Source: Escherichia coli O127:H6 str. E2348/69 | GTDB taxonomy: Bacteria > Pseudomonadota > Gammaproteobacteria > Enterobacterales > Enterobacteriaceae | Direction: 5' to 3' (one strand) | Assembly: GCF_000026545.1 (NCBI RefSeq) | Contig: NC_011601.1 | Length of the DNA: 64,000 nt | Part shown: one piece after another, positions 10,918-27,242 of the stretch | Numbering within the stretch: the first letter of the stretch is position 1 | Layout of the letters: each line of letters begins with the position of its first letter | Program-made: the position numbers and the translations under genes | The notes under the pieces: generated by a model | Told to the model about the DNA's origin: nothing | What the model saw: only the letters and a program-made list of their open reading frames with translations | Databases searched by the model: none

Positions 10918-12021
10918 ATGAGTGACAGCCAGACGCTGGTGGTAAAACTCGGCACCAGTGTGCTAACAGGCGGATCGCGCCGCCTGAACCGTGCCCATAT
11001 CGTTGAACTTGTTCGCCAGTGCGCGCAGTTACATGCCGCCGGGCATCGGATTGTTATTGTGACGTCGGGTGCGATTGCCGCCGGACGTGAGCACCTGGGG
11101 TACCCGGAATTGCCAGCGACTATCGCTTCAAAACAGCTGCTGGCGGCGGTAGGGCAGAGTCGACTGATTCAACTGTGGGAACAGCTGTTTTCAATTTACG
11201 GCATTCATGTCGGGCAGATGTTGCTGACCCGTGCTGATATGGAAGATCGTGAACGCTTCCTGAACGCCCGCGATACCCTGCGTGCGTTGCTCGATAACAA
11301 TATCGTTCCGGTAATTAATGAGAACGATGCTGTCGCTACTGCAGAGATTAAGGTCGGTGATAACGATAACCTTTCTGCGCTGGCGGCGATTCTGGCGGGT
11401 GCCGATAAACTGTTGCTGCTGACCGATCAAAAAGGTTTGTATACCGCTGACCCGCGCAGCAATCCGCAGGCAGAACTGATTAAAGATGTGTACGGCATTG
11501 ATGACGCACTGCGCGCGATTGCCGGTGATAGCGTTTCAGGCCTCGGAACTGGCGGCATGAGCACCAAATTGCAGGCCGCTGACGTGGCTTGCCGTGCGGG
11601 TATCGACACCATTATTGCCGCGGGCAGCAAGCCGGGCGTTATTGGTGATGTGATGGAAGGCATTTCCGTCGGTACGCTGTTCCATGCCCAGGCGACTCCG
11701 CTTGAAAACCGTAAACGCTGGATTTTCGGTGCGCCGCCTGCGGGTGAAATCACGGTAGATGAAGGGGCAACTGCCGCCATTCTGGAACGCGGCAGCTCCC
11801 TGTTGCCGAAAGGCATTAAAAGCGTGACTGGCAATTTCTCGCGTGGTGAAGTCATCCGTATTTGCAACCTCGAAGGTCGCGATATCGCCCACGGCGTCAG
11901 TCGTTACAACAGCGATGCATTACGCCGTATTGCCGGACACCACTCGCAAGAAATTGATGCAATACTGGGATATGAATACGGCCCGGTTGCCGTTCACCGT
12001 GATGACATGATTACCCGTTAA
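10918..12021 (+). CDS. proB: Glutamate 5-kinase
   Basis: '[34 protein letters not shown]' (367 aa); internal Met of ORF 10879..12021. Confidence 0.95.
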
Positions 12022-12032
12022 GGAGCTGGCCG

Positions 12033-13286
12033 ATGCTGGAACAAATGGGCATTGCCGCGAAGCAAGCCTCGTATAAATTAGCGCAACTCTCCAGCCGCGA
12101 AAAAAATCGTGTGCTGGAAAAAATCGCCGATGAACTGGAAGCACAAAGCGAAAGCATCCTCAACGCTAACGCACAGGATGTTGCAGACGCGCGTGCCAAT
12201 GGCCTTAGCGAAGCGATGCTTGACCGTCTGGCACTGACGCCCGCACGGCTGAAAGGCATTGCCGACGATGTGCGCCAGGTGTGCAATCTCGCCGATCCGG
12301 TGGGGCAGGTAATCGATGGCGGCGTACTGGACAGTGGCCTGCGTCTGGAGCGCCGTCGCGTGCCGCTGGGGGTGATTGGCGTGATTTATGAAGCGCGCCC
12401 GAACGTGACGGTAGATGTTGCTTCCCTGTGCCTGAAAACCGGTAACGCGGTGATCCTGCGCGGCGGCAAAGAAACCTGTCGCACTAACGCTGCAACGGTA
12501 GCGGTGATTCAGGACGCCCTGAAATCCTGCGGCTTACCGGCGGGTGCCGTGCAGGCAATTGATAATCCTGACCGTGCGCTGGTCAGTGAAATGCTGCGTA
12601 TGGATAAATACATCGACATGCTGATCCCGCGCGGTGGGGCTGGTTTGCATAAACTGTGCCGCGAGCAGTCGACAATTCCGGTGATCACAGGCGGTATAGG
12701 CGTATGCCATATTTACGTTGATGAAAGCGCAGAGATCGCTGAAGCCCTGAAAGTAATTGTCAACGCGAAAACTCAGCGTCCGAGCACGTGTAATACGGTA
12801 GAAACGTTGCTGGTGAATAAAAACATCGCCGATAGCTTCCTGCCCGCATTAAGCAAGCAAATGGCGGAAAGCAGCGTGACATTACACGCAGATGTAGCTG
12901 CGCTGGCGCAGTTGCAGGCAGGCCCCGCGAAGGTGGTGGCTGTTAAAGCCGAAGAGTATGACGATGAGTTTCTGTCATTAGATTTGAACGTTAAAATCGT
13001 CAGCGATCTTGACGATGCCATCGCCCATATTCGTGAACACGGCACACAACACTCCGATGCGATCCTGACCCGCGATATGCGCAACGCCCAGCGTTTTGTT
13101 AACGAAGTGGATTCGTCCGCTGTTTACGTTAACGCCTCTACGCGTTTTACCGATGGCGGCCAGTTTGGTCTGGGAGCGGAAGTGGCGGTAAGCACACAAA
13201 AACTTCACGCGCGTGGCCCGATGGGGCTGGAAGCACTGACCACTTACAAGTGGATCGGCATTGGTGATTACACCATTCGTGCGTAA
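12033..13286 (+). CDS. proA: Gamma-glutamyl phosphate reductase
   Basis: 417 aa, '[36 protein letters not shown]'. Confidence 0.95.
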   Translation: MLEQMGIAAKQASYKLAQLSSREKNRVLEKIADELEAQSESILNANAQDVADARANGLSEAMLDRLALTPARLKGIADDVRQVCNLADPVGQVIDGGVLDSGLRLERRRVPLGVIGVIYEARPNVTVDVASLCLKTGNAVILRGGKETCRTNAATVAVIQDALKSCGLPAGAVQAIDNPDRALVSEMLRMDKYIDMLIPRGGAGLHKLCREQSTIPVITGGIGVCHIYVDESAEIAEALKVIVNAKTQRPSTCNTVETLLVNKNIADSFLPALSKQMAESSVTLHADVAALAQLQAGPAKVVAVKAEEYDDEFLSLDLNVKIVSDLDDAIAHIREHGTQHSDAILTRDMRNAQRFVNEVDSSAVYVNASTRFTDGGQFGLGAEVAVSTQKLHARGPMGLEALTTYKWIGIGDYTIRA

Positions 13287-13400
13287 ATAAAACCGGGTGA
13301 TGCAAAAGTAGCCATTTGATTCACAAGGCCATTGACGCATCGCCCGGTTAGTTTTAACCTTGTCCACCGTGATTCACGTTCGTGAACATGTCCTTTCAGG

Positions 13401-13476
13401 GCCGATATAGCTCAGTTGGTAGAGCAGCGCATTCGTAATGCGAAGGTCGTAGGTTCGACTCCTATTATCGGCACCA
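13401..13476 (+). tRNA. thrW: tRNA-Thr (anticodon CGU)
   Basis: 76-nt cloverleaf GCCGATATAGCTCAGTTGGTAGAGCAGCGCATTCGTAATGCGAAGGTCGTAGGTTCGACTCCTATTATCGGCACCA; anticodon loop TTCGTAA; T-arm GGTTCGA. Confidence 0.95.
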
Positions 13477-13490
13477 TTTAAATCAATAAA

Positions 13491-13958
13491 TTACCTCACA
13501 TTTAAGTAAACCACGTTCACCTCTTGTGCCGTATTTGTGCCATTGCGACTTATAATCGCATCGATTTTGCTCGCGTGCTCGGTGAGATGCCCGGCTGAAA
13601 GGTGGGCGTATCTTTGAACCATTTCGAGAGTTTCCCATCCTCCCATCTCTTTAAGTGCAAGAAGAGAGACACCGGACTGAACCAGCCAGCTTGCCCAGGT
13701 ATGCCTCAGGTCATGGAAGCGGAAGTTGCTAATGCCTGCCCGCTTTAACGCTCCCTTCCATGCCTTGTTGCTGTCGGTTCTCATCTTCCTTACCGCTGCT
13801 GTTTTTGTTCCGTCGCTTCGGTAGGCAGGTCTGGTGTGGACAAATACCCATCTCTTATGGAGCCCCTGCTGTTTTCTTAATATCTGGCATGCGGTTTCGT
13901 TAAGAGGAACTCCGATCGCATTGCCAGCTTTTGTTTCATCAGGGTGCATCCATGCCAT
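13491..13958 (-). pseudogene. Tyrosine recombinase (phage-type integrase) C-terminal fragment, truncated next to the IS3-family element
   Basis: 155 aa ORF carrying the integrase catalytic region ('[19 protein letters not shown]...[10 protein letters not shown]'); abuts thrW 3' end; no N-terminal ~250 aa. Confidence 0.8.
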
Positions 13959-14072
13959 TTTCTTATCCAGATCGACCTGTGACCACTCAAGGTCTGTAAC
14001 TGTAGTGGCACACTGAATTTGGCCACCTGAACAGAGGTGATATGCTCACCTCAGAACAACACAGGTGCTCCA

Positions 14073-16624
<2,552 letters not shown>

Positions 16625-16762
16625 TGTTTGAAGATTGTTGTGCCGTATTTGTGACATACACATGACAACATCATGCATCAACTTTCTGTTTGTGCCATCA
16701 ACTATAGCTTAGTGAATGCGGTTAATGCTTGCTAAAACAGATAGTTATGATTGGTGCTACAG

Positions 16763-16808
16763 ATTCGTAATGCGAAGGTCGGAGGTTCGACTCCTATTAT
16801 CGGCACCA
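16763..16808 (+). repeat. Partial direct copy of the thrW 3' half (attR-like island boundary, pseudo-tRNA)
   Basis: ATTCGTAATGCGAAGGTCGGAGGTTCGACTCCTATTATCGGCACCA matches thrW positions 13431-13476 with one mismatch, and is followed by a similar TTAAATCAATAA flank. Confidence 0.85.
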
Positions 16809-17429
16809 CTTAAATCAATAAGTTACACATCATTAATACCTTCCTTATTTTTTGATTGGGACAGATTTGGGACCGATGGGTTCAGGATCGAATCTATTTA
16901 CCGTGCGTGTTCGGTAAGGTGATTAGGTGCGAGGTGAGCATATCGACGAACCATTTCGAGAGTTTCCCATCCGCTCATTTTTAAGTGCAAGCAGGGAAAC
17001 ACCGGACTAAACCTATCAGCTGTTCGAAAATGGCAAGCGGATTAATATGCCATGGCGGCTTTGAGCCGCACGCATGGGGTGTGGCAAGCCTGATGGATGT
17101 TGCTGTGCTTGTGGTGGCGTGTTTGCTGGTCTGGTTGTTGGTTAATCGCGAAAATCATTATGCCTGAGGAATACCACAGGACGTTCAGGTTTTGCATAAA
17201 AAAGCCCACCATTAAGGTGGGCAAAAGGAATGATTTATATTCTCTGAGAGAGACATTACATTTCTCCTTGCCACTTCTAACATAAAAATATGGAGAAATA
17301 ATGGAGCTTATATTAATTGGCGATTAGGTAATCATGTGGTTATACAAAACAATACAGTTCTTTACATTTGCCTTGTTTTATGAATACTCCTAAAGAGGTG
17401 TATAACATAATGGTACAAGCAGGGTAGAT

Positions 17430-18044
17430 ATGAATATATTTGAACAAACTCCACCAAACCGCAGACGTTATGGTCTTGCTGCATTCATTGGGCTGATTGC
17501 TGGCGTTGTTTCCGCATTTGTGAAGTGGGGGGCTGAAGTTCCATTGCCGCCACGTAGCCCGGTGGATATGTTTAATGCAGCGTGTGGCCCGGAATCATTA
17601 ATCAGGGCTGCTGGGCAAATTGATTGCTCCCGTAATTTTCTCAATCCTCCGTATATTTTTCTTCGAGACTGGTTGGGGCTGACAGATCCCAATGCGGCTG
17701 TTTATACCTTTGCCGGGCATGTCTTTAACTGGGTTGGTGTTACGCACATTATCTTTTCGATAGTGTTTGCTGTCGGTTATTGTGTGGTCGCTGAAGTATT
17801 TCCAAAAATTAAACTCTGGCAGGGCTTACTGGCAGGTGCTTTAGCCCAACTTTTTGTTCATATGATTTCATTCCCTCTCATGGGACTGACGCCACCTCTG
17901 TTTGATCTCCCGTGGTATGAGAATGTCTCTGAAATTTTTGGACATTTAGTCTGGTTCTGGTCTATTGAAATTATTCGCAGAGATTTACGAAACAGAATTA
18001 CCCATGAGCCAGACCCTGAGATCCCTTTAGGCTCAAATAGATAA
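17430..18044 (+). CDS. yagU: Inner membrane protein YagU (DUF1440)
   Basis: 204 aa, several hydrophobic segments, '[37 protein letters not shown]'. Confidence 0.85.
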
Positions 18045-18057
18045 TGCTTTGAATGAT

Positions 18058-18088
18058 AAAAATGGCGCAAATATAGCGCCATTTTTAT
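18058..18088 (+). terminator. Rho-independent terminator after yagU
   Basis: AAATGGCGC-aaatata-GCGCCATTTTTAT hairpin followed by a T-run, 14 bp after the yagU stop. Confidence 0.6.
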
Positions 18089-18292
18089 AGGTTAAAAACG
18101 TTGCTTTTCATATTCTGATGCGGACAGTAAGTGATCATATCGCGCTACTTCAGGATGATGTAGGTCCGGAGAACGCTACAGAAGAAGAGGCATTGTTGCT
18201 GGAAAATGGAAGAAGTTTCAGGTTTTGTTGTCCCTGAAAAACGAAGCCCCGCTATTACAGCTGGCGGGGCAATGCAATTAATTATTGTATAT

Positions 18293-18622
18293 TTATAACG
18301 GTGTTAGCCCGTATTTAGCTCTTGCACGATTGCAAGCCTCATTGACTTCTCCGTTCTCACCAGACATGGCGAATTCTCTGCATGTGGACGATCGATTTTT
18401 ATATATCGTGCAGCAGGCATTTTTGCCCGGTGTTCCTGCAAGGGCAATACATCGGGGATTTTTCTGATTAGTACCGCTCATGCATCGGTGAAAAGGGGAT
18501 ATTTGTTCAGTAAGCCTGGCGGGAATGGTACCGCCAGCATCGTCGGCTTCGGCCCAGTAAAAAGAGACGCGGAAAAATGCACAACAGGCACCACACGTCA
18601 TGCATGGATTCAGATTGCTCAT
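18293..18622 (-). CDS. ykgJ: Cysteine-rich putative zinc/iron-chelating (ferredoxin-like) protein YkgJ
   Basis: 109 aa, '[23 protein letters not shown]...[18 protein letters not shown]' CxxC-rich. Confidence 0.8.
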   Translation of the reverse strand: MSNLNPCMTCGACCAFFRVSFYWAEADDAGGTIPARLTEQISPFHRCMSGTNQKNPRCIALAGTPGKNACCTIYKNRSSTCREFAMSGENGEVNEACNRARAKYGLTPL

Positions 18623-18934
18623 AATTCACCAGTACAGCTATAAATCGTAAAGAGAACTGCGGTACGTCGTATGCAGGGACGTATCGCGGTTGGCTGGTGT
18701 ACTTTCGATAGTGTGAGTATTGAATGATTTCCAGCCGTTACCGATTTTACGTCCTAATTAGTGAAGAAACCACTCGTTAGCAGGCCGCCTGGTACCTTTC
18801 CGTGTCTCCTGAACACTGTGGTGTGCATATGAGAAAGCTCATCGTTACAGGTGACATTGACGATCGCTTCCACATCATTTAATCGATTTTTGAGTCTCTG
18901 AGGTGGAATTCTTCCCTCGTCCGATGGATAAGTC

Positions 18935-19645
18935 TTAGTCCGCCGAAGGGGGCTTAGCCGGACAGGAATCGCTAATCTTAATGAATTTGTCGTTATAGAC
19001 CAGATAGTGATTCCCCGGCTGACGTAACTCAGGCTGATGAACCACGTCTCCCGGACGTAGATACCAGGCATCGCCTTCCTCTTCGGTCGAATCACATCCT
19101 GGTTTAATCAGTAGCTTAAACCACGTGTTGCCGGTGTTACTTACCGTTCCGGTCACCTGATCGAAGGACCATTTAAACTGAACCTGACGTGGTCGTACTA
19201 CCAGAATGGTATCCATCACCACCACCGGCTCCGTGCTGACCTCACCGCCGGTTGGGCTGCGTTTTGTCAGGTTACGAGTGGGGACCTCGCGAAATGAGAC
19301 CCGGTAGTAGCGCTCGCGGTTATCCCGTGGACCATGATAGTAAAATTTAAAATACTCGCTCTCACCAGCCTGCAACGCCAGCTGGCGGGGGGCGAAAAGT
19401 AGTTCACCATCCACCGGTCGGGTGCGCAATTCACTGCTGCCCGGGCTATCAATAGCACTGATGGCAATACGGTATATCCGCGCGCTTTTGTTGTTATTCA
19501 CGACACGTTTGCTGACAAAGTCAGTCTCGGACGGCAGTGAAAAAGTCAGATTGCCGACCGAAATCGCCTGTGTCAAAGGTGCCGCCAGCATACAGACCAC
19601 TGTCAGCAGGGCCTTAGTTAATGTTACGCCACGTCGCCTGAACAT
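18935..19645 (-). CDS. ecpE: E. coli common pilus chaperone-like protein EcpE
   Basis: '[27 protein letters not shown]' signal peptide; 236 aa from the internal Met of ORF 18935..19690; last gene of the ecp operon. Confidence 0.85.
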   Translation of the reverse strand: MFRRRGVTLTKALLTVVCMLAAPLTQAISVGNLTFSLPSETDFVSKRVVNNNKSARIYRIAISAIDSPGSSELRTRPVDGELLFAPRQLALQAGESEYFKFYYHGPRDNRERYYRVSFREVPTRNLTKRSPTGGEVSTEPVVVMDTILVVRPRQVQFKWSFDQVTGTVSNTGNTWFKLLIKPGCDSTEEEGDAWYLRPGDVVHQPELRQPGNHYLVYNDKFIKISDSCPAKPPSAD

Positions 19646-21257
19646 GAATCTCTCCTGAAGCGCTGACTTCGCCAAACCAGCCGTTATCATCTACCGTACG
19701 CAGAGAAATGGCGTTATCCATTGGAATCGAAAATTTGACTGTGGTCTTATCCATCTGCCCCACTTCGCCAGAGATATCAGTCCACGGTGTGGTCAACCAC
19801 AGCGCATCGGTCATATCCCGCCAGCTATCATCGCACCCGGCATCGTAGGTTTTTGTAGCTCCGTTGCGGGTAATAAAGGAAAGCGTCGCCGGGAACGGTA
19901 CTTTCGCCTTACCGTCATCGGAGCTGAAGACACAATAGGAGCGCCCGCCAATCACCTGCGCGGGTCCGGTCACCTTGATCAGCACTTCGTCGGCAGCTGT
20001 TTTACCGCTGGTGGTTACGATATAGCCGAAATCGAGTGCCGACTCGCCGCTGGCGACATATCCCTCCCGCGACGGTGTCTGAGTATATTCATCGGAGATA
20101 ATACTGATGCTGAAATCACGGGGTTTGATAATCAGCGTGTTGGAGGTAGAAAATTCATACCAGCCAGACTCCGGTGATGTGGTGTTCTGAAAGCGAAAGT
20201 TGAATAGATCTTTGGTGTTGATATCGCTGATCCCGAGGTTCACCATCTGTTTAAAGAAGTTGCTCGAGAAGAAAACATAGATCGAGTCTGCGCTCTTCAT
20301 CTCGTTGAAGGTGTAGTAATAGGCAGTATTGCTCACAGGTTTCCATGAACTGCCATTCAGACTGAACTGCATATCGTACGCCCCGACGGCCGAGGCTAAC
20401 GACGAGTTGGCGATCGCCGGGAATATATGGATTGAGGTGTTGCTGAGTCCGTTCGTTTGCAGGGTATAGTTAACCATCTTACAACTTAATCCTGAACGGC
20501 TGCCGATGGTTTGCGTCCGGCAGTCGGCATTCCCTTCGCCCAGAGTCGGTACTCCGTCGCTGTTGATAAATACTTCCGCCAGCGAGTGGGTATTTATCAA
20601 CCGCAGATTTGCTGCTTTCGTATGGGTGACGTTGCGAACATACCAGTTGCCGGAGGCCTGATCCTTACAGCGTGCGCCGCTGCTGGCATCATAGTTCACA
20701 GAGGTCTGGCAGGCATTGATGGTCATTGTAAAGCTGCTGCCGACGGGCATTTGTTGCAGATACTGGTAAAATGCGTCTGACAACATGCCGTGCATCCACT
20801 TCGCGCCGCCGCTGGTCACCGTCGCGCCATAAAATCCACTGGCGTCGGTGGTTTGCGGCAGGATAAGACTGGTGGTCATATTACACCCAGCGTACCAGTT
20901 GATGCAGCGCAAGCCAGTTAAAGGAGATGAAACTGGTGAATTTTCCAGCCACATATCAAACTTCCAGTTGGTATAAAGGCCGGTGTTGTAACCGTTATCA
21001 ATGTAGCCGAGGCTTTGCTGATAGATGGTTCCTGAACCATTGTATTTTAAACCGGTCCAGCGGTTGGCACCGGTCAGGCGCGGATCCAGCGCCCCGCCAG
21101 GAGTGACGAAAAAGTTGTCGTCTGAGTTGTTTTCGACAAACACAAACTCGCGTGCCGGTGCATCCGCCCAGGTTGTTTTGCTCACAGCCGCTCTGAGCGC
21201 GGTTGCAGGCCAGATTAGCGCAAAGATTATCATCGCTATCAGTAGGTTAACTCTCAT
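19614..21257 (-). CDS. ecpD: E. coli common pilus tip adhesin EcpD
   Basis: 547 aa secreted protein with signal peptide '[23 protein letters not shown]'; operon position. Confidence 0.85.
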   Translation of the reverse strand: MRVNLLIAMIIFALIWPATALRAAVSKTTWADAPAREFVFVENNSDDNFFVTPGGALDPRLTGANRWTGLKYNGSGTIYQQSLGYIDNGYNTGLYTNWKFDMWLENSPVSSPLTGLRCINWYAGCNMTTSLILPQTTDASGFYGATVTSGGAKWMHGMLSDAFYQYLQQMPVGSSFTMTINACQTSVNYDASSGARCKDQASGNWYVRNVTHTKAANLRLINTHSLAEVFINSDGVPTLGEGNADCRTQTIGSRSGLSCKMVNYTLQTNGLSNTSIHIFPAIANSSLASAVGAYDMQFSLNGSSWKPVSNTAYYYTFNEMKSADSIYVFFSSNFFKQMVNLGISDINTKDLFNFRFQNTTSPESGWYEFSTSNTLIIKPRDFSISIISDEYTQTPSREGYVASGESALDFGYIVTTSGKTAADEVLIKVTGPAQVIGGRSYCVFSSDDGKAKVPFPATLSFITRNGATKTYDAGCDDSWRDMTDALWLTTPWTDISGEVGQMDKTTVKFSIPMDNAISLRTVDDNGWFGEVSASGEIHVQATWRNIN

Positions 21258-23772
21258 TCTCTTCTCCTGTCTGCGTCACCGCCGCCCACGATGAGAGGCC
21301 GCTGCAGACCACATCACCGACCCAGACGGCACCGCGCGCCTGGTTGAGTTCCAGTGCCACTTCGCAGGTTTTATTGCCACTGTAGCGAAAATCGATAGTG
21401 GGGTATTTCTTATCCACGTCCATGACAAACTCGCCGTTTTCATCGGTTCGGGTTCGGCCGATATGGTTGTTAATCCGTGCGTTAGCCAGCAGTGTGCCGT
21501 CTTCCGCACGGATACGACCGGAGACGGTAACCATCTGCTTCACCTCTGGCTCAATGACAGCGACATTGCCTGGATAGAGAGTCAGATGACTTTTGCGACC
21601 GCTGACGATATCGTAACTGTCGAGTGAGTTTTTGCTGTTCTGTAACTCCACCTCATATCTTCCATAGGGAGAGAGCGGGAGATAGTTACGCTTGCCGTTA
21701 AGCGGGAAAATCCGCCCGTTGATTTTGGCGCTGATCTGACCATCGTTCTCCAGGCCAGTGTCGAATATCACCCCAGCGTTGCCATCGGTCCGCCCGCTGG
21801 CAGCGATGTTTTTACCCTGCCAGCCGACGCTGCCGTTGGCGGTCAAATTGGTATTGATGTAGCCGTCCGCCGCGCTATTGACGTTCAGCGTTCCGCTGGC
21901 GTAACGAGCGTCGAACTGTGCATACGCCCCACCGCTGAGGGTTTTGTCATCACCGGTATCGCCGGAGATGGCTCGTGACAGATTGGCACCAACAGTGCGA
22001 ATGGTTCCTTCATCAAACTGTTTGCGTGCTGACAGGTTTGCCATGGTGTAGCCGTTTTGATGGGTCATCCCTGCGCTAAACCAGTTGCCCAGTGGTAGCG
22101 AGAGATCGAGAGCGATATATTTCCCTGTATTGGCGCTGCTGTCGCCGTTGTTATAGCGCTGAATACCGGCCCGCAGGCCAAGCGAACCAAAGGTACCGCT
22201 GTAGACACTCTGATAGTAATCTGCCGTGTAATAATGGCTGTTGTAGCGGCGGTCATCATTGTAGCTGATGCTGAACGTACCCAGCTTCGACCACAGTGAG
22301 TTCAGGTTGAGTGTGCCGCCGATTGCACGGTTGTCGGCATCGCTACGTCGCAATTGATTGCCAATGCGGGTTTTTTCCTGGTTAACCCACAGCGAACTGA
22401 AGCCTCCAGGTAGAGTGGCGCTGATGCTGGCGATGTTGCTCCATGAGCTGTCACTGGCCAGCATGTTTTGCAGGTTAACGTTGATCGCCACCCCAAGCGG
22501 CAGCGTCAGACGGGTTTCACCCACCGCCTGATTATCGTATCCATATCCTGTTGCCGCCCAGCTAAACGTACTCAGTGAGCCGGAGGTCGAGGCACCTGCC
22601 AGCCAACTCTCTTTGGCTGGTCGCGTCTTTTTCCCGTTTTCCGACCAGCGATCCATATGAAAGCTACCGCCCCATATCTGCCACGCCAGCGGTGCACCGA
22701 CGCCACGCCCCCGGCTAAACAGCTTATTGACCCGCTGGGTGCGTTTGCTGATCACGCGACCGTTAACGATTACCTCAACTTCCACATCGTAAATACCGTA
22801 CGGTAGACCCCGGGTATCCACTTCATGATTGCCCATGGTGAAGTTCTGAACGCTTAGTAGTCGCCCATCACGGGTGAGATGTACTTCGCCCGCTGCCGGT
22901 AAAAAGGCGATCACTGGCGTGGCCGACTGGCTGCTGTCGAAGATGGTGGAGCTGGCCTGGTTTCCCCAGGAAAGGCCGTAAATCTTCCCTGCTGAAATGG
23001 CGGTCATCGGCCCTAAGGACTGCAAGTTCCAGGTGTCGAGCATTCCACCGGCAAATCGGTGACCAGCAAAATCGCGTTCATACATCGCTTTATATAATTC
23101 ACTGTCCTGTTGACCGCTACCAATCCCGTACAGTGAGCCGTCGAGCACCACGTGATGTTCGCGCAGCGCAGTAACGTTATTCAGCGACAGATAGCTGGAG
23201 GTGTTGCTCCCGCCGTTACGCAACTGGTTGTTATAGACACCGAAGTTATAGCTCAGATTACTGCTGAGGGTATTAACACTGGACTGCCCGATGTCTTCGC
23301 TACGTGAGCGTAGTACGGTGCCCAGCGCTTCGCGCTTGACCACCAGCTGCAGCAGCAGTTGGCGCAAGCTGAGATCCAACTGCGCGTTGTCAGTCAGGGG
23401 GATGGTAAGGGCCTCATTGAACGGGGCGTTGGCCAGAGTCATCAGTTGCTGTCGAGTTTGTTCGCTGACACTGGCGTTATCTTCACTCTCTTCCAGCTGT
23501 ATTTTCCGGATGCGTAACTGTCCATCATCCAACCAGATAAAAGCGCTGCCGATTCGCTGATCGTCCTGGCGACCCTGGCTACCGGCGAGATGAATATAGA
23601 GCGGGACGCTCATGCCGTCCTGAAGCGCCTGACTGAAGGCCTGCGGAATAATCACCCCACCTATTTGCTGCGCACTTATGTCAGCAGCGCTGGCATCGGG
23701 CTGAACGAACAAAAAGACCATGCCGAAGGCAAACTGGGCTTTCAGTCCTGGGGAGAACCGTCGTAAAGGCAT
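21247..23772 (-). CDS. ecpC: E. coli common pilus outer membrane usher EcpC
   Basis: 841 aa; large Gly/Ser/Asn-rich beta-barrel-like protein between chaperone and adhesin genes. Confidence 0.85.
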   Translation of the reverse strand: MPLRRFSPGLKAQFAFGMVFLFVQPDASAADISAQQIGGVIIPQAFSQALQDGMSVPLYIHLAGSQGRQDDQRIGSAFIWLDDGQLRIRKIQLEESEDNASVSEQTRQQLMTLANAPFNEALTIPLTDNAQLDLSLRQLLLQLVVKREALGTVLRSRSEDIGQSSVNTLSSNLSYNFGVYNNQLRNGGSNTSSYLSLNNVTALREHHVVLDGSLYGIGSGQQDSELYKAMYERDFAGHRFAGGMLDTWNLQSLGPMTAISAGKIYGLSWGNQASSTIFDSSQSATPVIAFLPAAGEVHLTRDGRLLSVQNFTMGNHEVDTRGLPYGIYDVEVEVIVNGRVISKRTQRVNKLFSRGRGVGAPLAWQIWGGSFHMDRWSENGKKTRPAKESWLAGASTSGSLSTFSWAATGYGYDNQAVGETRLTLPLGVAINVNLQNMLASDSSWSNIASISATLPGGFSSLWVNQEKTRIGNQLRRSDADNRAIGGTLNLNSLWSKLGTFSISYNDDRRYNSHYYTADYYQSVYSGTFGSLGLRAGIQRYNNGDSSANTGKYIALDLSLPLGNWFSAGMTHQNGYTMANLSARKQFDEGTIRTVGANLSRAISGDTGDDKTLSGGAYAQFDARYASGTLNVNSAADGYINTNLTANGSVGWQGKNIAASGRTDGNAGVIFDTGLENDGQISAKINGRIFPLNGKRNYLPLSPYGRYEVELQNSKNSLDSYDIVSGRKSHLTLYPGNVAVIEPEVKQMVTVSGRIRAEDGTLLANARINNHIGRTRTDENGEFVMDVDKKYPTIDFRYSGNKTCEVALELNQARGAVWVGDVVCSGLSSWAAVTQTGEENES

Positions 23773-23797
23773 TGTCGTTATCCATCTGCACAGCTAT

Positions 23798-24466
23798 CTA
23801 TTTCACGGGAATGAACTTATCACCCTGCCAAAGTGCAACCCGTCCTTTGTTATCCGCCGTGTCCACGCGGGTAAAACGACGCGACTTGCCCGGCATCAGG
23901 TAGTAATTCTCTTTACACTCCTTACCATTGGCGGCTTTCAGGCAGGGGCCGTAGGCGAGGATCCGCAGCGTCGCATTTCCTGTATTTGTCAGGGAGCCGT
24001 TGGCGTACTGAAAGTGGTAGTTTGCCTGGCGGGGTGCGACGACCAGAATGGTGCCGATGCGGGCGGAAGCAGTGGCCACAGCGCTACGGTTGGCATTATC
24101 GCGCTGCGCATCACTGAGGGCCTGATCAAACCAGACAATGCGGTAGTAGCGCTCTTTTTCATCTGCTGGTCCCTTATAGAAGAAGCGGATCACTTCGCTG
24201 GCTTGGGCGGGTAGCAGCAAGCTGGCGGGAGTGAGTAGCAACTCATCCGGCTTGTCCATTGCGATAACCTGCCCGTCGTCAAGCGGTGAAGAGAGCCGTT
24301 CGAGACGGATATTGATGAGGCGGCCACTGTCGGTACTGTTTTGGATCGTTTTGCTTAGCGTGCTGCTGTCACTGTTCATAAACGATGATATATCGCCGAC
24401 ATCCAGCGCCTGGGCCGGTGATATTCCGGAAAACAGCAGAGCGAGAGGCAGAAGGTGCTTTTTCAT
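23798..24466 (-). CDS. ecpB: E. coli common pilus periplasmic chaperone EcpB
   Basis: '[20 protein letters not shown]' signal peptide; 222 aa from the internal Met of ORF 23798..24514. Confidence 0.85.
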
Positions 24467-24522
24467 AACAATTCCGTCCAGGAATAAAGCAGGGGGGTAC
24501 CCCTGCTGGTACATCAGAGAGA

Positions 24523-25110
24523 TTAACTGGTCCAGGTAGCGTCGAACTGTACGCTAACGTCGCCGCTCCAGATGCCTTCCGGTAGAGTGCTGTAATCGGT
24601 TACTGCGGTGGTACCATTGGTGGTGCCGCTGATGATGGAGAAAGTGAAACCATCCTGTGCGGTGGTACGATTGCTGGCATTGTAACCGTTAGCCAGTGGG
24701 CTAAGGTTGCCGCCCAGTACGCCGTTGGCGGTATCGATCATCACGGTATCGCCAGTTTTTTCGACTGCCGCGCCGTTATAATCCACGCCCACATTCAGTG
24801 TGGATCCTGAGGTATCCAACTGGGTTAAGGTGTTGGTGATAAGACGTGAGGTCAGTTTAAAGGCGGTAGCCGTTGAGTCACCCTCGATAGCCACGTCAAA
24901 TAGACCTTTCTGTGAGTTAAAACCTTTAATGCCTTCGGCATACTGGAACGCCAGGCTACCGAGTGGCGTCACAACCAGCTTACTGGTGGTGTCTTTTTTG
25001 GCTGTTGCTGACCAGGTCGCTACAGCCTGAGCTGTTACGTCAGCAGCCTGCGCTACACCTGTACCGGTAAACACCGTTACCAGAGCTATTGCCAGAACCT
25101 TTTTTTTCAT
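24523..25110 (-). CDS. ecpA: E. coli common pilus major subunit EcpA (MatB)
   Basis: 195 aa, '[41 protein letters not shown]'. Confidence 0.9.
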
Positions 25111-25183
25111 TGCTTTTCTTCCCGAGTTGAATTGAGGACATGAAGTCCCGGTGAGTCATTTTTAAAACTAACTTGCCTGGAGT

Positions 25184-25786
<603 letters not shown>

Positions 25787-26809
25787 CTATAATTTTTACA
25801 GGTACATTCAGTTTCTTTAGTAAATCGGAAGTAAATAAGATACGTAGCACATATCAATATAGGTTAAACGAGATTAAGTTTTAATTATTTCGATTAGGTT
25901 TAAATTTATGTTTTTTTCCTGATGAGTGTCAATATGTGAACAGAAAATGAATTCCATGGTTAAGTCAATATTTACAAAAAATGAAAATATTGCTTTTTTG
26001 ATAAGAAGAAAAAGACATTCAGTTTCATAAGGTTATTGGCAATATAACGTTCAATTCTTACTTGCATTTTATATTAGCCAGGAACTTTGCCCTGAGGTGT
26101 TAGGAATAGTCTTAATGTGTTGTGTAATGGACTAGTAAAAAAACAAGTTTAAATGATAAGAAATAGAATATAAAACTATCATGAGTCATCATTAAAGATG
26201 ATTTGCCAATCAGTAAGGTGTTTTAATGGATTAACATGCCGCACAAAATGGTTATGGGTGTTCATCCCAATAAGTGATGAAAAATTAAACAGGTGTAAGT
26301 ACGTCATCTGTCCGGTAAGCCCCCTAAGAGCCAAATTAAGTGAAGTTAAACGAAGACTGCCAGTTGTCACAGGAACGATGGCCTCTTTGCCAGGGCACTG
26401 CATTCAGTCATCTGTGCGTGTTACTCTAACTGGCACTCGAACGTCGGCGATGGGGTTACCGATGGATCTGGCCGTTCCTGTGGCGTAAACGTTTTTATGT
26501 CAGTACCAACAGATTTACCACATTTATCATCTTAACAGTTTGAGTGTAAATGCAGGCTGCGTCGCAAAGGGAGGAAACTGAGTGGCGTGTTCAGTCTAAA
26601 ATAGAGTTGATGCCAGCATACAGGGCGCAGCTGGTCAACAAGTCAACATTAATATAATGGAATATTCGGAGAGAAACGTCAGGCAGTTGACCTTAAATGA
26701 ACAGGAAGATACATCCCCAGGAAAATTAATGCTGGTGTAATAAATACACCAACATTAATCCGGTCTGATTATTAATCAGACAAATATCGTTAATTCGTCG
26801 AATTTTAAA

Positions 26810-26950
26810 TCAACGTTTTTTCTTACGACCCTGAACGGCCTTAAAACGTGGATTAGATTTACAAATCACATACAGCCGTCCTTTTCGCTTCACAATCTGA
26901 CAGTCTGGATGGCGTTCTTTTGCGGTACGCAGAGAGTTAAGGACTTTCAT
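26810..26950 (-). CDS. ykgO: Ribosomal protein L36 paralog (zinc-independent)
   Basis: Hand-translated 46 aa [46 protein letters not shown] (too short for the ORF track); start overlaps the ykgM stop. Confidence 0.85.
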   Translation of the reverse strand: MKVLNSLRTAKERHPDCQIVKRKGRLYVICKSNPRFKAVQGRKKKR

Positions 26951-27213
26951 CATGCCCCCTTTTTCGTGCTAACAAAACGACCAAAACGTTGGGTGAACCG
27001 TGCAACATTTCCTTCTGATGCCACTGTTCTCAGCTTCCCTGTATAGAACGGGTGCGATTTCGAAGAGACATCAATTGTTACGTACGGATACGTTACGCCA
27101 TCCAGCTCAATCTCACGGTCTGTTTTGATAGTCGAGCCGATTTTAAAGTACTCATCAACGCTGGTGTCGTGGAACACCACAGTACGATACTCAGGATGGA
27201 TATTGGGTTTCAT
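26950..27213 (-). CDS. ykgM: Ribosomal protein L31 type B paralog (zinc-independent)
   Basis: '[60 protein letters not shown]'; no CxxC zinc ribbon. Confidence 0.9.
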
Positions 27214-27223
27214 CATTTTTACC

Positions 27224-27242
27224 TGTTATGTTATAACATAAC
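27224..27242. promoter_or_regulatory. Zur box (zinc uptake regulator operator) upstream of ykgM-ykgO
   Basis: TGTTATGTTATAACATAAC; the inner 18 nt GTTATGTTATAACATAAC is a perfect palindrome, ~10 bp upstream of the ykgM start. Confidence 0.7.

Noticed and set aside
26179-26488. ORFs 26179..26403(-) and 26198..26488(+) in the ecpR upstream region (possible ykgL-like small gene)
   Set aside because: Two mutually overlapping ORFs without a clear RBS or recognisable motif; cannot be supported without homology data.
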